Source: an uncultured Candidatus Saccharimonas sp.
GTDB taxonomy: Bacteria > Patescibacteriota > Saccharimonadia > Saccharimonadales > Saccharimonadaceae
Assembly: GCA_963528875.1 (NCBI GenBank)
Contig: CAURWT010000001.1
Location: 210,001 to 242,000, forward strand
Direction: 5' to 3'
Length of the DNA stretch: 32,000 bases
Below, piece after piece: positions 8,056 through 16,073 of the stretch. The notes beneath the pieces are model-generated. The model did no database searches, was not told the origin of the DNA, and saw only the letters and a program-made list of their open reading frames with translations. Within the stretch, counting starts at the first letter, position 1. Each line of letters starts with the position of its first letter. Made by a program: the position numbers and the translations under genes.

Positions 8056-9366
8056 CTATTTTTTGAAGATTTCTTTTGTGATTTTTTGCACAATCTCTGT
8101 GTCATTCCAAGGTGTTTTTTTGCCATCAATTACGCGGTAAACTTCATGTCCTAAACCTGTAATTAACACAATATCGCCCTTGCCTGCAATTTGTAAAGCT
8201 TTTCGAATTGCTTCTTCACGATCTGGAATTTCTTGAATATTTGCTGGCAATTTTTCACCTTTTTTCGAAATTCCCGCAATAATTTCTTCACGAATTTGCT
8301 TAGCATCTTCAGTGTAGTTTTCTTCATCGGTAATAATAATTCGGTTAGCTAAATCTTGAGCGATTTTTCCCATAATTGGGCGTTTTTCACGATCGCGGTC
8401 GCCGCAAGCACCAAAAACTAAAATCGTGCGCTCTTTAGTGATTTTTTTTGAAGCTTTAAGGAGTTTTTCAAGCGCGTCTGGTGTGTGAGCGTAGTCTACA
8501 ACCACGTCAAAAGGTAAATTCGAAACAGCATATTCAAACCTTCCTGAAACTCCTTCAAGATTAGCGATTCCCTCTTGAATATCTTCGAGCGAAATTCCCA
8601 AAAGATAAGCGCCGGCCGCCGCCGCAGTCATGTTGTAAACATTAAATTCGCCTGGTAGATTTGTGGCGATTTCAAGTGTAACGTTATTATCAATTCGTAA
8701 ATTAGCTTCGCTTCCTTTTTTGTAAAGTTTGAAATTTTCAATTTTGACTTCTGCAGAATCACTTTCGCCATAAGTTATTTTTTGCTCGCCAGCTTCAAAT
8801 TTATTGAAAAATTCGAAATAAGCGTCATCAGTATTTAAAACAATAAATCGTGGTTGCATTTCGAAAAGTTTTGCTTTAGCGTTAGCGTAGTTTTCCATTG
8901 TTTTATGATAATCAAGATGATCTTGCGTAAGATTGGTCATAATTGCCATCTCAATAGGAACTCCAGCAAATTTGTATTGATCAAGCGCGTGCGAAGTTGC
9001 CTCAATTAACGCAAATTCAACACCAGCTTTTTTTGCATCAGAGAAAAATTTTTGTAATTTCGAAACTGTTGCGGTTGTAGAATTGGTGTCATTCACTGTT
9101 TGAATACCCGCAATCTCAATATTTGCGGTTGAAAACATCGCAGTTTTATATCCAGCTTCTTTTAAGATTTCATTAAGAAAATTAACAGTGGTGGTTTTAC
9201 CGTTCGTACCTGTTACAGCAATCACTCGCAAGTCGCGCGCGGGGTTGCCATAACGCGTGGCAATAACTTTTGCACGAGATTTTCGATAAGTTTTTTCCAG
9301 CCCAACAAGCGCCGATTTTGGCAAGACTTTGCGAGCAGTTTTTGTTAAATTATTCTTAATGCTCAT
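8056..9366 (-). CDS. murE: UDP-N-acetylmuramoyl-L-alanyl-D-glutamate--diamino acid ligase (MurE-type Mur ligase), short form
   Basis: P-loop VTGTNGKTTT, then IEATSHAL, TNLTQDHLDYH and GACGDRDREKRPIMG. At 436 aa it has a reduced N-terminal domain. The position of the DNPR (meso-DAP) motif reads DEEN. Confidence 0.8.
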   Translation of the reverse strand: MSIKNNLTKTARKVLPKSALVGLEKTYRKSRAKVIATRYGNPARDLRVIAVTGTNGKTTTVNFLNEILKEAGYKTAMFSTANIEIAGIQTVNDTNSTTATVSKLQKFFSDAKKAGVEFALIEATSHALDQYKFAGVPIEMAIMTNLTQDHLDYHKTMENYANAKAKLFEMQPRFIVLNTDDAYFEFFNKFEAGEQKITYGESDSAEVKIENFKLYKKGSEANLRIDNNVTLEIATNLPGEFNVYNMTAAAAGAYLLGISLEDIQEGIANLEGVSGRFEYAVSNLPFDVVVDYAHTPDALEKLLKASKKITKERTILVFGACGDRDREKRPIMGKIAQDLANRIIITDEENYTEDAKQIREEIIAGISKKGEKLPANIQEIPDREEAIRKALQIAGKGDIVLITGLGHEVYRVIDGKKTPWNDTEIVQKITKEIFKK

Positions 9367-9372
9367 TCTTAA

Positions 9373-9401
9373 ATTATATCACTTTTTAGATTTTCAGGCA
9401 A
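9373..9401 (-). promoter_or_regulatory. murE promoter, leaderless geometry (TTGCCT-17-TGaTATAAT-6 nt-ATG)
   Basis: The reverse complement of 9373-9378 is TATAAT and of 9396-9401 is TTGCCT. Only 6 nt separate the -10 box from the ATG at 9366, and there is no SD. Confidence 0.55.
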
Positions 9402-9569
9402 ATTTTTAAAAGAAAGAACCGCCCCTTTTTAGGTGCGGAAATCTTCGGGAATTATTTTAAATCTTTCGAAACAATATTTCGCTGAATATAAACCATTCGG
9501 TTATATTCTTTTTATGTATTCTTCTGATATTTTTTAAACATTTAGAATTGATTTGTATTTAAATCAATT

Positions 9570-9998
9570 CTAAAATAATTTAATTCCATTCAACATTCCC
9601 CCAGCAGAAAATATACCAGAAATTAAATATAATACAAAAATGCCAATTTGAAGTGTTAATAAAATTTCTGCCCAGATTTTTGCCTTTGATTTTCGCCCAG
9701 TTTCAATTTCAAATTTATTTGCAGCCTTAAGTGAATAACTAACAGCTATAACTGAAAGCAGACTAAAACCATAGTTAATAATTGGAGCTGGCAAAGGAGC
9801 TGGGAATAAGCTTAAAAATCCCAATATCGCAGCAATTTGAATTGGTATAAAATCTTCGCTTTTACCTTTTCGAATAGCTTTATATTCTTCAAGAATAAAT
9901 TCATTGTTTTGAGCTTCTTGCGATTTTTCTTGGTTTTCTTTTGGTTTTTCTTGCAGTGTTGGATAAATATCTTCTGGCTTATATTTTTTAACTTCCAT
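9570..9998 (-). CDS. small integral membrane protein, unknown function
   Basis: 142 aa with a polar N-terminus and about 3 hydrophobic helices. TGaTATAAT (reverse complement of 10006-10014) lies 7 nt upstream of the ATG. Confidence 0.6.
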   Translation of the reverse strand: MEVKKYKPEDIYPTLQEKPKENQEKSQEAQNNEFILEEYKAIRKGKSEDFIPIQIAAILGFLSLFPAPLPAPIINYGFSLLSVIAVSYSLKAANKFEIETGRKSKAKIWAEILLTLQIGIFVLYLISGIFSAGGMLNGIKLF

Positions 9999-10022
9999 AT
10001 TTCAAATTATATCACGATTCAA

Positions 10023-10051
10023 TTGAAAATTTCGAAAAAATAAAGTAAAAT
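10023..10051 (+). promoter_or_regulatory. tRNA-Ser promoter (TTGAAA-17-TAAAAT)
   Basis: -35 at 10023-10028 and -10 at 10046-10051. The mature tRNA 5' end lies 9 nt downstream. The spacer contains TTTCGAAA (10030-10037). Confidence 0.6.
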
Positions 10052-10059
10052 ATTTTTAT

Positions 10060-10147
10060 GGAGAGATGGCCGAGTGGTTTAAGGCGCACGCCTGGAACGC
10101 GTGTTGGGCGCAAGCTCTCGCAGGTTCGAATCCTGTTCTCTCCGCCA
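10060..10147 (+). tRNA. tRNA-Ser (anticodon GGA)
   Basis: Acceptor GGAGAGA pairs with TCTCTCC. Anticodon stem CACGC/GCGTG has loop CTGGAAC. It has a long variable arm, T-loop GGTTCGAATCC, and an encoded CCA. Confidence 0.92.
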
Positions 10148-10172
10148 AAACCAATATTTTTTTGAAAAATCC

Positions 10173-10201
10173 TTGACTTTTCGAAAAATATCAGTTAAAA
10201 T
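10173..10201 (+). promoter_or_regulatory. tRNA-Leu promoter (TTGACT-17-TAAAAT)
   Basis: -35 at 10173-10178 and -10 at 10196-10201. The spacer starts with TTTCGAAA (10179-10186). The tRNA starts at 10216. Confidence 0.65.
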
Positions 10202-10215
10202 AGTAAAGTAATTTT

Positions 10216-10300
10216 GCACGAGTGGTGGAATTGGTAGACACGCTAGTCTTAGGAACTAGTGCCAATTGGCGTGAAGGTTCAAGTCCTTTCTCGTGTACCA
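10216..10300 (+). tRNA. tRNA-Leu (anticodon TAG)
   Basis: Acceptor GCACGAG pairs with CTCGTGT (G1-U72 wobble). Anticodon stem CTAGT/ACTAG has loop CTTAGGA. It has a long variable arm, T-loop GGTTCAAGTCC, and an encoded CCA. Confidence 0.9.
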
Positions 10301-10415
10301 GAAATTATTTAGAAAATCTCCCGAGAATTTGGGAGTTTTTCTTTTACTATTTTTTTAAAAATTTAAGATTTTTCTAAGCTGAATGTGCTAAAATATAAAT
10401 AGAAAAGAGGTAAAT

Positions 10416-11720
10416 ATGAAAACTAAACTTGTAATCTTTGGCTTAACTGGCGATTTAGGGCGCCGCAAGCTTTTGCCTGCACTCGATTCTCTGCTTGAAA
10501 AAAATGAGATTTCTCCAGATGATCTTGAAGTTATTGGCGTTTCTCGGCGGCAAATTCAGCCTTTCGAAATTCTTGAAAGTTCGCTCGGTCTTTCGCGCGC
10601 TGAAAATTCTAAACTTTCGCAAATTTTAAGTTTTTTCGAAATGAATTTAGCGGATGAAACAGAATACAAAAAGCTTAAAAAATACCTTCAAGATGAAAAT
10701 GAAGAATTACAAATTTTGTTGTATCTTTCAGTTCCGCCAGCAAGTGCTGCACAGATTTCAACATTAGCTGGAAAAGCTGGTTTAAATGGTAAAAATGTTA
10801 AAATTCTTTTCGAAAAACCTTTCGGAATTGATCTAAAATCGGCGCAAGAATTTATTTCTCGAACATCGGAATTTTTTAGTGAAAAGCAGATTTTTCGAAT
10901 CGACCATTATTTAGCAAAAGAGATGGCGCAAAATTTACTAATTTTGCGGCACAAAAACGCATTATTTTCGCAAATTTGGAGCGGAAAATCCATTTCGAAA
11001 GTGCAAATTATCGCCAGCGAACAGATTGGAATTGAAGGTCGCGGCACTTTTTATGAACAAAGTGGCGCTTTGCGTGATTTTATTCAAAGTCATTTAATTC
11101 AGATTTTAGCATTATTTTTGGCAGATTTTCCAAAGAGTTGGAACGATTTACCTGAAGCTCGCTTTAAAGCATTAGAACAGATTGAAAAATTACAAAATCC
11201 TGAAGAAAATGCAATTCGTGGCCAATATCAAACTTATCGTGAAGAAGTTGAAAATCCAAAATCTTGCGTTGAAACTTTTGCAAAAATTCGACTATTTTCG
11301 AAAGATGAAAATTGGAAAAATGTGCCTTTCGAACTAATTTCTGGCAAAAACTTGAGCAAAAAACGCAGCGAAATTTGCATTCATTTGCGCAAAACTGAAG
11401 AAAAACAAGCCAATTTAATTCAGATTTCGCTTGATGATTCGGCGAGCGTGAAAATTGAACTTGCAACGAAAATTCCAGGTTTGAATCGTCGCACAGAAAT
11501 TCGAAATTTGAGCTTTTCTTATGATGAAAATGCTCAGCCTGCCGAAGCTTATGAAAAAGTTTTGGCTGAAGCGATTCGGAATGAAAAAGCGTTTTTTGCC
11601 GAGAGCGATGAAATTTTGCGTGCGTGGGAAATTCTTCAGCCCGCTTTGGATTTTTGGCAAAATTCGAACGAAGAAACTTTGCGATTTTATAAAAAAGGAA
11701 CAGATTGGAGCGAAATTTAA
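10416..11720 (+). CDS. zwf: glucose-6-phosphate 1-dehydrogenase
   Basis: NADP-binding FGLTGDLGRRKLLPAL and active-site RIDHYLAKE motifs. SD AAAGAGG lies upstream. Confidence 0.88.
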   Translation: MKTKLVIFGLTGDLGRRKLLPALDSLLEKNEISPDDLEVIGVSRRQIQPFEILESSLGLSRAENSKLSQILSFFEMNLADETEYKKLKKYLQDENEELQILLYLSVPPASAAQISTLAGKAGLNGKNVKILFEKPFGIDLKSAQEFISRTSEFFSEKQIFRIDHYLAKEMAQNLLILRHKNALFSQIWSGKSISKVQIIASEQIGIEGRGTFYEQSGALRDFIQSHLIQILALFLADFPKSWNDLPEARFKALEQIEKLQNPEENAIRGQYQTYREEVENPKSCVETFAKIRLFSKDENWKNVPFELISGKNLSKKRSEICIHLRKTEEKQANLIQISLDDSASVKIELATKIPGLNRRTEIRNLSFSYDENAQPAEAYEKVLAEAIRNEKAFFAESDEILRAWEILQPALDFWQNSNEETLRFYKKGTDWSEI

Positions 11721-12121
11721 TGCAAGAAAAATCAATTTTTACACGAATTATTGAGGGTGAAATCCCCTGCCACAAGATTTATGAAGATAAAAGAGTTTTT
11801 GCAATGCTTGATATTGAGCCGCTTTCGAACGGCCATGTTTTAGTTATTCCAAAAAAGCAAGTTGATTTAATTTGGGATTTAGATCAAAGTGATTATAATT
11901 ATCTGTGGCAAATTGCTAAAAAAATTGCCAAGAAAATTCAAGCTGAAATGAAGCCGATTCGCGTGGGTGTTGTGGTTGAAGGTTTTGGTGTGCCACACGC
12001 GCACATTCACCTTGTACCGCTTTATGATAAAAATGTTTTACAGCTCCACCACGGCTACCCCGCTGAAACTACTCCTGAAGAATTAACGAAAATTGCTAAA
12101 AAAATTGCTTTCGAAAAATAA
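11720..12121 (+). CDS. HIT-family (histidine triad) nucleotide hydrolase/transferase
   Basis: Histidine triad HAHIHLVP. The ATG overlaps the zwf stop (TAATG at 11718-11722). The track start at 11705 is a TTG inside zwf. Confidence 0.8.
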   Translation: MQEKSIFTRIIEGEIPCHKIYEDKRVFAMLDIEPLSNGHVLVIPKKQVDLIWDLDQSDYNYLWQIAKKIAKKIQAEMKPIRVGVVVEGFGVPHAHIHLVPLYDKNVLQLHHGYPAETTPEELTKIAKKIAFEK

Positions 12122-12143
12122 AAAATCCCCACAATTTTGTGGG
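12113..12143 (-). terminator. terminator of the 12156..12563 gene (hairpin shared with the end of the HIT gene)
   Basis: CCCACA-ATTT-TGTGGG lies at 12128-12143. On the minus strand it is followed by GATTTTTATTTTT. Confidence 0.55.
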
Positions 12144-12155
12144 AACTAAAATAAG

Positions 12156-12563
12156 TTAATATCGCTGCAGGAATTTGTTATTGATTATTCTAAGTATATA
12201 ACCAATAGAATCAATATTATTTTTTACTGTATCGATCTTAGATAATATCGATGAATCCAGTTTGTGATGAAGATATAAACCTTTCTCCATTAACTGATTT
12301 TCTGGTTTAATATCTTTGAAAATATCATTGTAGAGACCTTTTTCTGCCAGCTCATTTATACGGTCTTTGTTATCATTTATAAAATTTTCGATTTCTTTGC
12401 GGCTGTCCGCAAAGACAGGTATGATATGATTGTCTATTGAGGCCAAGAAAATTTTATCAGTTTCATCGACAAGTTTATCATTCTGATCGAAAATTTTTAT
12501 TTTTCTTGATTCGAAAATGGCTCTGAGTAAATACACTTTTACATACGCAATACTATTTGTCAT
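12156..12563 (-). CDS. hypothetical protein (135 aa)
   Basis: The ORF has SD GGAGAAG upstream, a consensus promoter about 160 nt upstream, and a terminator downstream. No domain recognised. Confidence 0.6.
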   Translation of the reverse strand: MTNSIAYVKVYLLRAIFESRKIKIFDQNDKLVDETDKIFLASIDNHIIPVFADSRKEIENFINDNKDRINELAEKGLYNDIFKDIKPENQLMEKGLYLHHKLDSSILSKIDTVKNNIDSIGYILRIINNKFLQRY

Positions 12564-12728
12564 TTATCTTCTCCGCGTTTAAAGCCCGCCCGGCTATTAT
12601 TTTTTTCGAAGTTTTCAGCTTCGAAAGCTAAGTTTAATTTTTAAACTCAATTTTCGAAACTGAAAATTCGGAAAAGCTAGCCAGATTCCTACTTTCGAAA
12701 TGTTCTCTCGCTCTACACAAGCCTTTAG

Positions 12729-12757
12729 ATTATATCACAAAATAATAAAAAAGTCAA
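12729..12757 (-). promoter_or_regulatory. consensus promoter TTGACT-17-TGaTATAAT driving a ~160-nt leader
   Basis: The reverse complement of 12752-12757 is TTGACT and of 12729-12734 is TATAAT, with an extended TG. The leader (12564-12722) carries four TTCGAA copies and a small GC hairpin next to the SD. Confidence 0.65.
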
Positions 12758-12765
12758 GAGCTATA

Positions 12766-12802
12766 ACACAAAAAAGAAAAAGCCTCGCAAAAAGCAAGGC
12801 TT
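12766..12802 (-). terminator. Rho-independent terminator of the 12822..13163 gene
   Basis: The minus strand reads AGCCTTGC-TTTTT-GCGAGGCT followed by TTTTTCTTTTTTGTG. Confidence 0.75.
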
Positions 12803-12821
12803 GGAGTTGTATAGAACTGAG

Positions 12822-13163
12822 CTATTCAAATATGCACAATGATTGACAGCCAATAATTTGACCTTTGTCATTTCTCACCGTTTTACCAGTGACAAATAAA
12901 TCTCTAGTGGTTCGACCACTTAATCTTGCAGCTTCTGCGGTTATAACGCTGACGATGTAAAATACGCGATCACTGACTGTCGGCAAACCAACTGGCTCAC
13001 CGAAAGTCATTTTAATGATTGGAATACCTTCAACCGTTCCAATCTCAACTTCATCTTGAGTAGCTCTCGCTTCTCCATCAGATGGAAAGGTTTTAACTAC
13101 TTTTCCTTCTTTATTGATAATGTTGATTTCGTGTGGAGTCAAATTAATAATTTTAATTTCCAT
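12822..13163 (-). CDS. small conserved-looking hypothetical protein (113 aa from MEIKIINLTPHE...)
   Basis: ATG at 13163 is preceded by GAGAGGT. The track start at 13208 is a TTG. The sequence has a LTPHxI...GxPxxxxxFGExxGLP...YIVS...GR.DL...G..VR...G.IIGC pattern. No function known to me. Confidence 0.6.
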   Translation of the reverse strand: MEIKIINLTPHEINIINKEGKVVKTFPSDGEARATQDEVEIGTVEGIPIIKMTFGEPVGLPTVSDRVFYIVSVITAEAARLSGRTTRDLFVTGKTVRNDKGQIIGCQSLCIFE

Positions 13164-13348
13164 TTTATTTACCTCTCTTTTTGAGATCTTTCTATTATTT
13201 TTTACCAAGTTTTACTACTTAGCAAGAAATCTTTAAATGATCTTAAAAACTTATTGCTAAGCAGTAAAAAGATAATAAAATGGATAATATTTTTTAGCTC
13301 AATTCTGATAATGTTCCATCGTTAGTTACCTAGCTAACGAATAATATT

Positions 13349-13377
13349 ATTATAGCATAATAATAGTAATAAGTCAA
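13349..13377 (-). promoter_or_regulatory. consensus promoter TTGACT-17-TATAAT driving a ~180-nt structured leader
   Basis: The reverse complement of 13372-13377 is TTGACT and of 13349-13354 is TATAAT. The leader contains hairpins TCGTTAG/CTAACGA (13320-13340) and a 13-bp arm pair at 13214-13226 / 13251-13263 (plus-strand TACTACTTAGCAA / TTGCTAAGCAGTA), with one G-U pair in the transcribed minus-strand RNA. Confidence 0.65.
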
Positions 13378-13395
13378 GTATTTAATCGAAAATAG

Positions 13396-13424
13396 TTTGA
13401 AAAATCCTGTAAAAATGGTAAAAT
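13396..13424 (+). promoter_or_regulatory. rlmH promoter, leaderless geometry (TTTGAA-17-TGgTAAAAT-6 nt-ATG)
   Basis: -10 TAAAAT lies at 13419-13424 with an upstream TG. The ATG is at 13431 and there is no SD. Confidence 0.55.
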
Positions 13425-13430
13425 CTAATT

Positions 13431-13883
13431 ATGAAAATTATCGCGATTGGCAAAAAGCACGAAAAGTGGGTTTCGAATGGAATCGAACTTTTCGAAAAAC
13501 GGCTCAAAAAACCGTTTAATTTGGGCTGGGATATTTTGCCGCATTCGAATTTTGCTGAAGAAAAAGCGCGCGAAGAAGAAACTCAGCGGATTTTGGCAAA
13601 AATTAAACCGAGCGATTTTGTGATTTTGCTGGATGAGCGTGGTAAAAATATTTCTAGCCCAGAGCTCGCCGAAATGCTTTCGAACGGATTTGTGAATTCG
13701 CAGAATTTTGTGATTGTGATTGGTGGAGCTTTTGGCGTGTCTGAGGAGCTTCGCCAGCGAGCGAATTTTGTTTGGAGCCTTTCGAAATTAGTTTTTCCGC
13801 ATCAAATTGTGCGCTTAATTTTGGTTGAACAAATTTATCGCGCGCAAGAAATTTCTTCTGGCGGAAAATATCACCACGAATAA
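13431..13883 (+). CDS. rlmH: 23S rRNA (pseudouridine1915-N3)-methyltransferase RlmH (SPOUT family)
   Basis: 150 aa, with the typical RlmH layout and a C-terminal IGGAFGVSEE...LS...FPHQ knot region. Confidence 0.8.
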   Translation: MKIIAIGKKHEKWVSNGIELFEKRLKKPFNLGWDILPHSNFAEEKAREEETQRILAKIKPSDFVILLDERGKNISSPELAEMLSNGFVNSQNFVIVIGGAFGVSEELRQRANFVWSLSKLVFPHQIVRLILVEQIYRAQEISSGGKYHHE

Positions 13884-13986
13884 ATTATTTTTTGTGGAAA
13901 AAGCTGTGGAAACTCCTTGAAAATTCGAAAAAACTCGCCTGAAAGCATTTGCGAAAAATGGTGAAAAAATATATAATAGAATTAGT

Positions 13987-14787
13987 ATGGCGGAAAATGA
14001 AAAAGAGATTGTTAGACTTCGAAATTTGAAAAAGCGTTTCGGTGTTGGTGATGCTGAAAATTATGCCTTAAACGGTGTAAATTTAAGTATCAAACAGGGT
14101 GAATTTATTATAATCATGGGGCCTTCTGGCTGCGGAAAAACCACACTTTTAAACACAATTGGCCTTCTTGATCGTGCGACTGAGGGAGATTATGTTCTTG
14201 ATGGGCAGAATATTGCACGAATGTCGCGCCGCAACCAAGCGAAAATTCGAAGTGAAAAAATTGGTTTTATTTTTCAAAATTTTAATTTAATTCCCCGCCT
14301 AACCGTAATTGAAAATGTGGCTTTACCACTGGTTTATAAAGGAATTGGAAAAGTTAAACGGCTCGAAAAAGCTTCAGAAGTTTTAAAACAATTTCATCTT
14401 GGTGAGCGTGAATTTTATATGCCGTGGCAACTTTCTGGTGGGCAAACTCAGCGCGTAGCAATTGCGCGGGCGCTCGTGAATAAGCCTTCAATTATTCTTG
14501 CTGATGAGCCAACGGGAAATCTTGATTCGAAAAGTTCACACATTATTATGGAAGAGCTTGCTGAAGTTCATAAAAAAGGCAACACAATTATTATGGTAAC
14601 GCATAATCCAGATTTAATGGCTTATGCAACACGAATTATTACAATGTTCGATGGCAAAATTGATACAGATGTTAAGAAAAAACCTGCAAAGAAATCTTCG
14701 AAAAAAGATGAAAAGCTAAATACGCTCGATAAAATTGAAAAAGTTGAAGAAAAAATTGATGAAATTAAAGAAGAATTGGGAGTTTAA
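13987..14787 (+). CDS. ABC transporter ATP-binding protein (MacB/LolD type) with K/E-rich C-terminal tail
   Basis: Walker A GPSGCGKTT, signature LSGGQTQRVAIARAL, Walker B ILADEPTGNLD, and H-loop VTHN. TATAAT (13972-13977) lies 9 nt before the ATG. Confidence 0.9.
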   Translation: MAENEKEIVRLRNLKKRFGVGDAENYALNGVNLSIKQGEFIIIMGPSGCGKTTLLNTIGLLDRATEGDYVLDGQNIARMSRRNQAKIRSEKIGFIFQNFNLIPRLTVIENVALPLVYKGIGKVKRLEKASEVLKQFHLGEREFYMPWQLSGGQTQRVAIARALVNKPSIILADEPTGNLDSKSSHIIMEELAEVHKKGNTIIMVTHNPDLMAYATRIITMFDGKIDTDVKKKPAKKSSKKDEKLNTLDKIEKVEEKIDEIKEELGV

Positions 14788-16020
14788 ATGAGTTTGCGAG
14801 TTTTAAAAACTAATATTGAAAATGCATTCGAATCGTTGCATGCCAACCGTTTGCGAACTTTTCTTACAATGCTTGGTGTAATGATTGGGATTTCTAGCGT
14901 TGTGATAATTTTTTCACTTTCGGGTGGTGTTAGCTCAGTGATTTCGAACCAAATTATAGCCGAGGGTGAATCTTTGGCGGTGGTTCGACCAAAAGAATTA
15001 ACTACAAATAATAAAAATGTTATTACAAATTTGGCAACTTCTCGAAATTTTACACAGAGTTCAATCAAAAATGAAGATTTAGGCTTGATTTCGAAAGTAA
15101 AAGATGTTTTAGCTGTAGCACCGCTTGCGAATTTTTCAGCAAAAGTTAAGGGCGATGGAGATGAAAAATATGCAAACTTGCTGGCAACCAGTCCAAACCT
15201 TGATCAAACTGTGGGTTTGAAAGTCCGTGAAGGTCAATTTATTGCAGAAAGCGCTAATGCAAACACTGTTGTAATTGGCAATCAAATGGCCATTGATTTG
15301 TTTGGAACAACTCAGGCTTTAGGAAAAGAAATTACAATGAAAGGCGAAAAATTCATTGTGATTGGTGTTTTAGCCCATCAAAGTTCATCAATTAACTTTA
15401 GTAATGTTGATTTTAACAATACGGCAATTATTCCATATGTGACTGCAAAACGAATTATTGGTGAAAATCTCCAGATTCAGCAAGTGAATATTCGTGTGAA
15501 AAGTGTTAATAATTTGAATCAAGTTCAGCAAGAAATTGAAAAAGGAATGCTAAAAAACCACAATGGCGAAAAAGATTTCGAAGTTTTGACTGGTAAAAAT
15601 ATTTCGCATCCATCAGATAAATTTATTGAGCTTTCGACATTTATTTTGGCAATTGTGGCAAGTATTTCACTAGTTGTTGGTGGAATTGGCATTATGAATA
15701 TTATGCTCGTGAATGTGAGTGAGCGAACGAGAGAAATTGGTATTCGAAAAGCACTTGGTGCAAATAATCGGCATATTTTGTTTCAATTTTTAACAGAATC
15801 AATGATAATTTCATTAAGTGGTGGATTTTTTGGTTATCTAATTGGCTATGCATTTTCTTTTGGAGTGAGCGTGTTTCTACCGTTTAGTCCAGTTATTTCT
15901 TGGCAAATTGCTGTTTTGGTTTGTGGAATTTCGGTGTTGGTTGGTGTAATTTTTGGCCTTTACCCTGCCTTCCGTGCAGCCCGAAAAGACCCGATCATTA
16001 GTTTACGTCAATATTTATAA
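14788..16020 (+). CDS. ABC transporter permease (MacB-like, FtsX domain)
   Basis: The start abuts the ATPase stop (TAAATG). It has an N-terminal TM, a large extracytoplasmic domain, and a C-terminal FtsX-type helix bundle (ERTREIGIRKALGA). Confidence 0.88.
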   Translation: MSLRVLKTNIENAFESLHANRLRTFLTMLGVMIGISSVVIIFSLSGGVSSVISNQIIAEGESLAVVRPKELTTNNKNVITNLATSRNFTQSSIKNEDLGLISKVKDVLAVAPLANFSAKVKGDGDEKYANLLATSPNLDQTVGLKVREGQFIAESANANTVVIGNQMAIDLFGTTQALGKEITMKGEKFIVIGVLAHQSSSINFSNVDFNNTAIIPYVTAKRIIGENLQIQQVNIRVKSVNNLNQVQQEIEKGMLKNHNGEKDFEVLTGKNISHPSDKFIELSTFILAIVASISLVVGGIGIMNIMLVNVSERTREIGIRKALGANNRHILFQFLTESMIISLSGGFFGYLIGYAFSFGVSVFLPFSPVISWQIAVLVCGISVLVGVIFGLYPAFRAARKDPIISLRQYL

Positions 16021-16031
16021 GAATAGAAAAA

Positions 16032-16062
16032 AGAAAAAAAGTCGCTTATAAGGCGACTTTTT
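16032..16062. terminator. bidirectional terminator between convergent permease and pilin genes
   Basis: GTCGC-TTATAAG-GCGAC (16041-16057) is flanked by an A-run upstream and TTTTT downstream. Confidence 0.6.
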
Positions 16063-16073
16063 AGTTTCAAAAA

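Noticed and set aside
9402-9520. Possible plus-strand small RNA ending at the hairpin GAATATAAACC-ATTC-GGTTATATTC plus T-run (about 9484-9515)
   Set aside because: No convincing plus-strand promoter lies upstream, and the hairpin is bulged and A/T-rich. The region is more simply the 3' UTR and terminator zone of the 9570..9998 gene together with the murE promoter.
9543-9572. Perfect 12-bp inverted repeat TAGAATTGATTT-6 nt-AAATCAATTCTA overlapping the stop codon of the 9570..9998 gene
   Set aside because: The stem is made almost entirely of A/T pairs, with no U-tract on either strand. Such a repeat is easily produced by chance in AT-rich DNA. A better terminator candidate for that gene (CCGCACC...GGGGCGG plus a T-run, about 9419-9445) lies further downstream.
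10125-10130. TTCGAA copies inside tRNA T-loops (10125-10130 and 16693-16698) as part of the palindrome enrichment
   Set aside because: These belong to the universal GGTTCGAATCC T-arm. They are structural and should be excluded from the count.
11164-11775. 203-aa ORF antisense to the 3' third of zwf (also 11415..11735 and 11521..11754)
   Set aside because: This is long for an AT-rich genome, but it lies entirely within a confidently identified zwf/HIT coding region. It has no start context and a basic/F-rich composition typical of the antisense of K/E-rich codons. I treat it as a chance shadow ORF.
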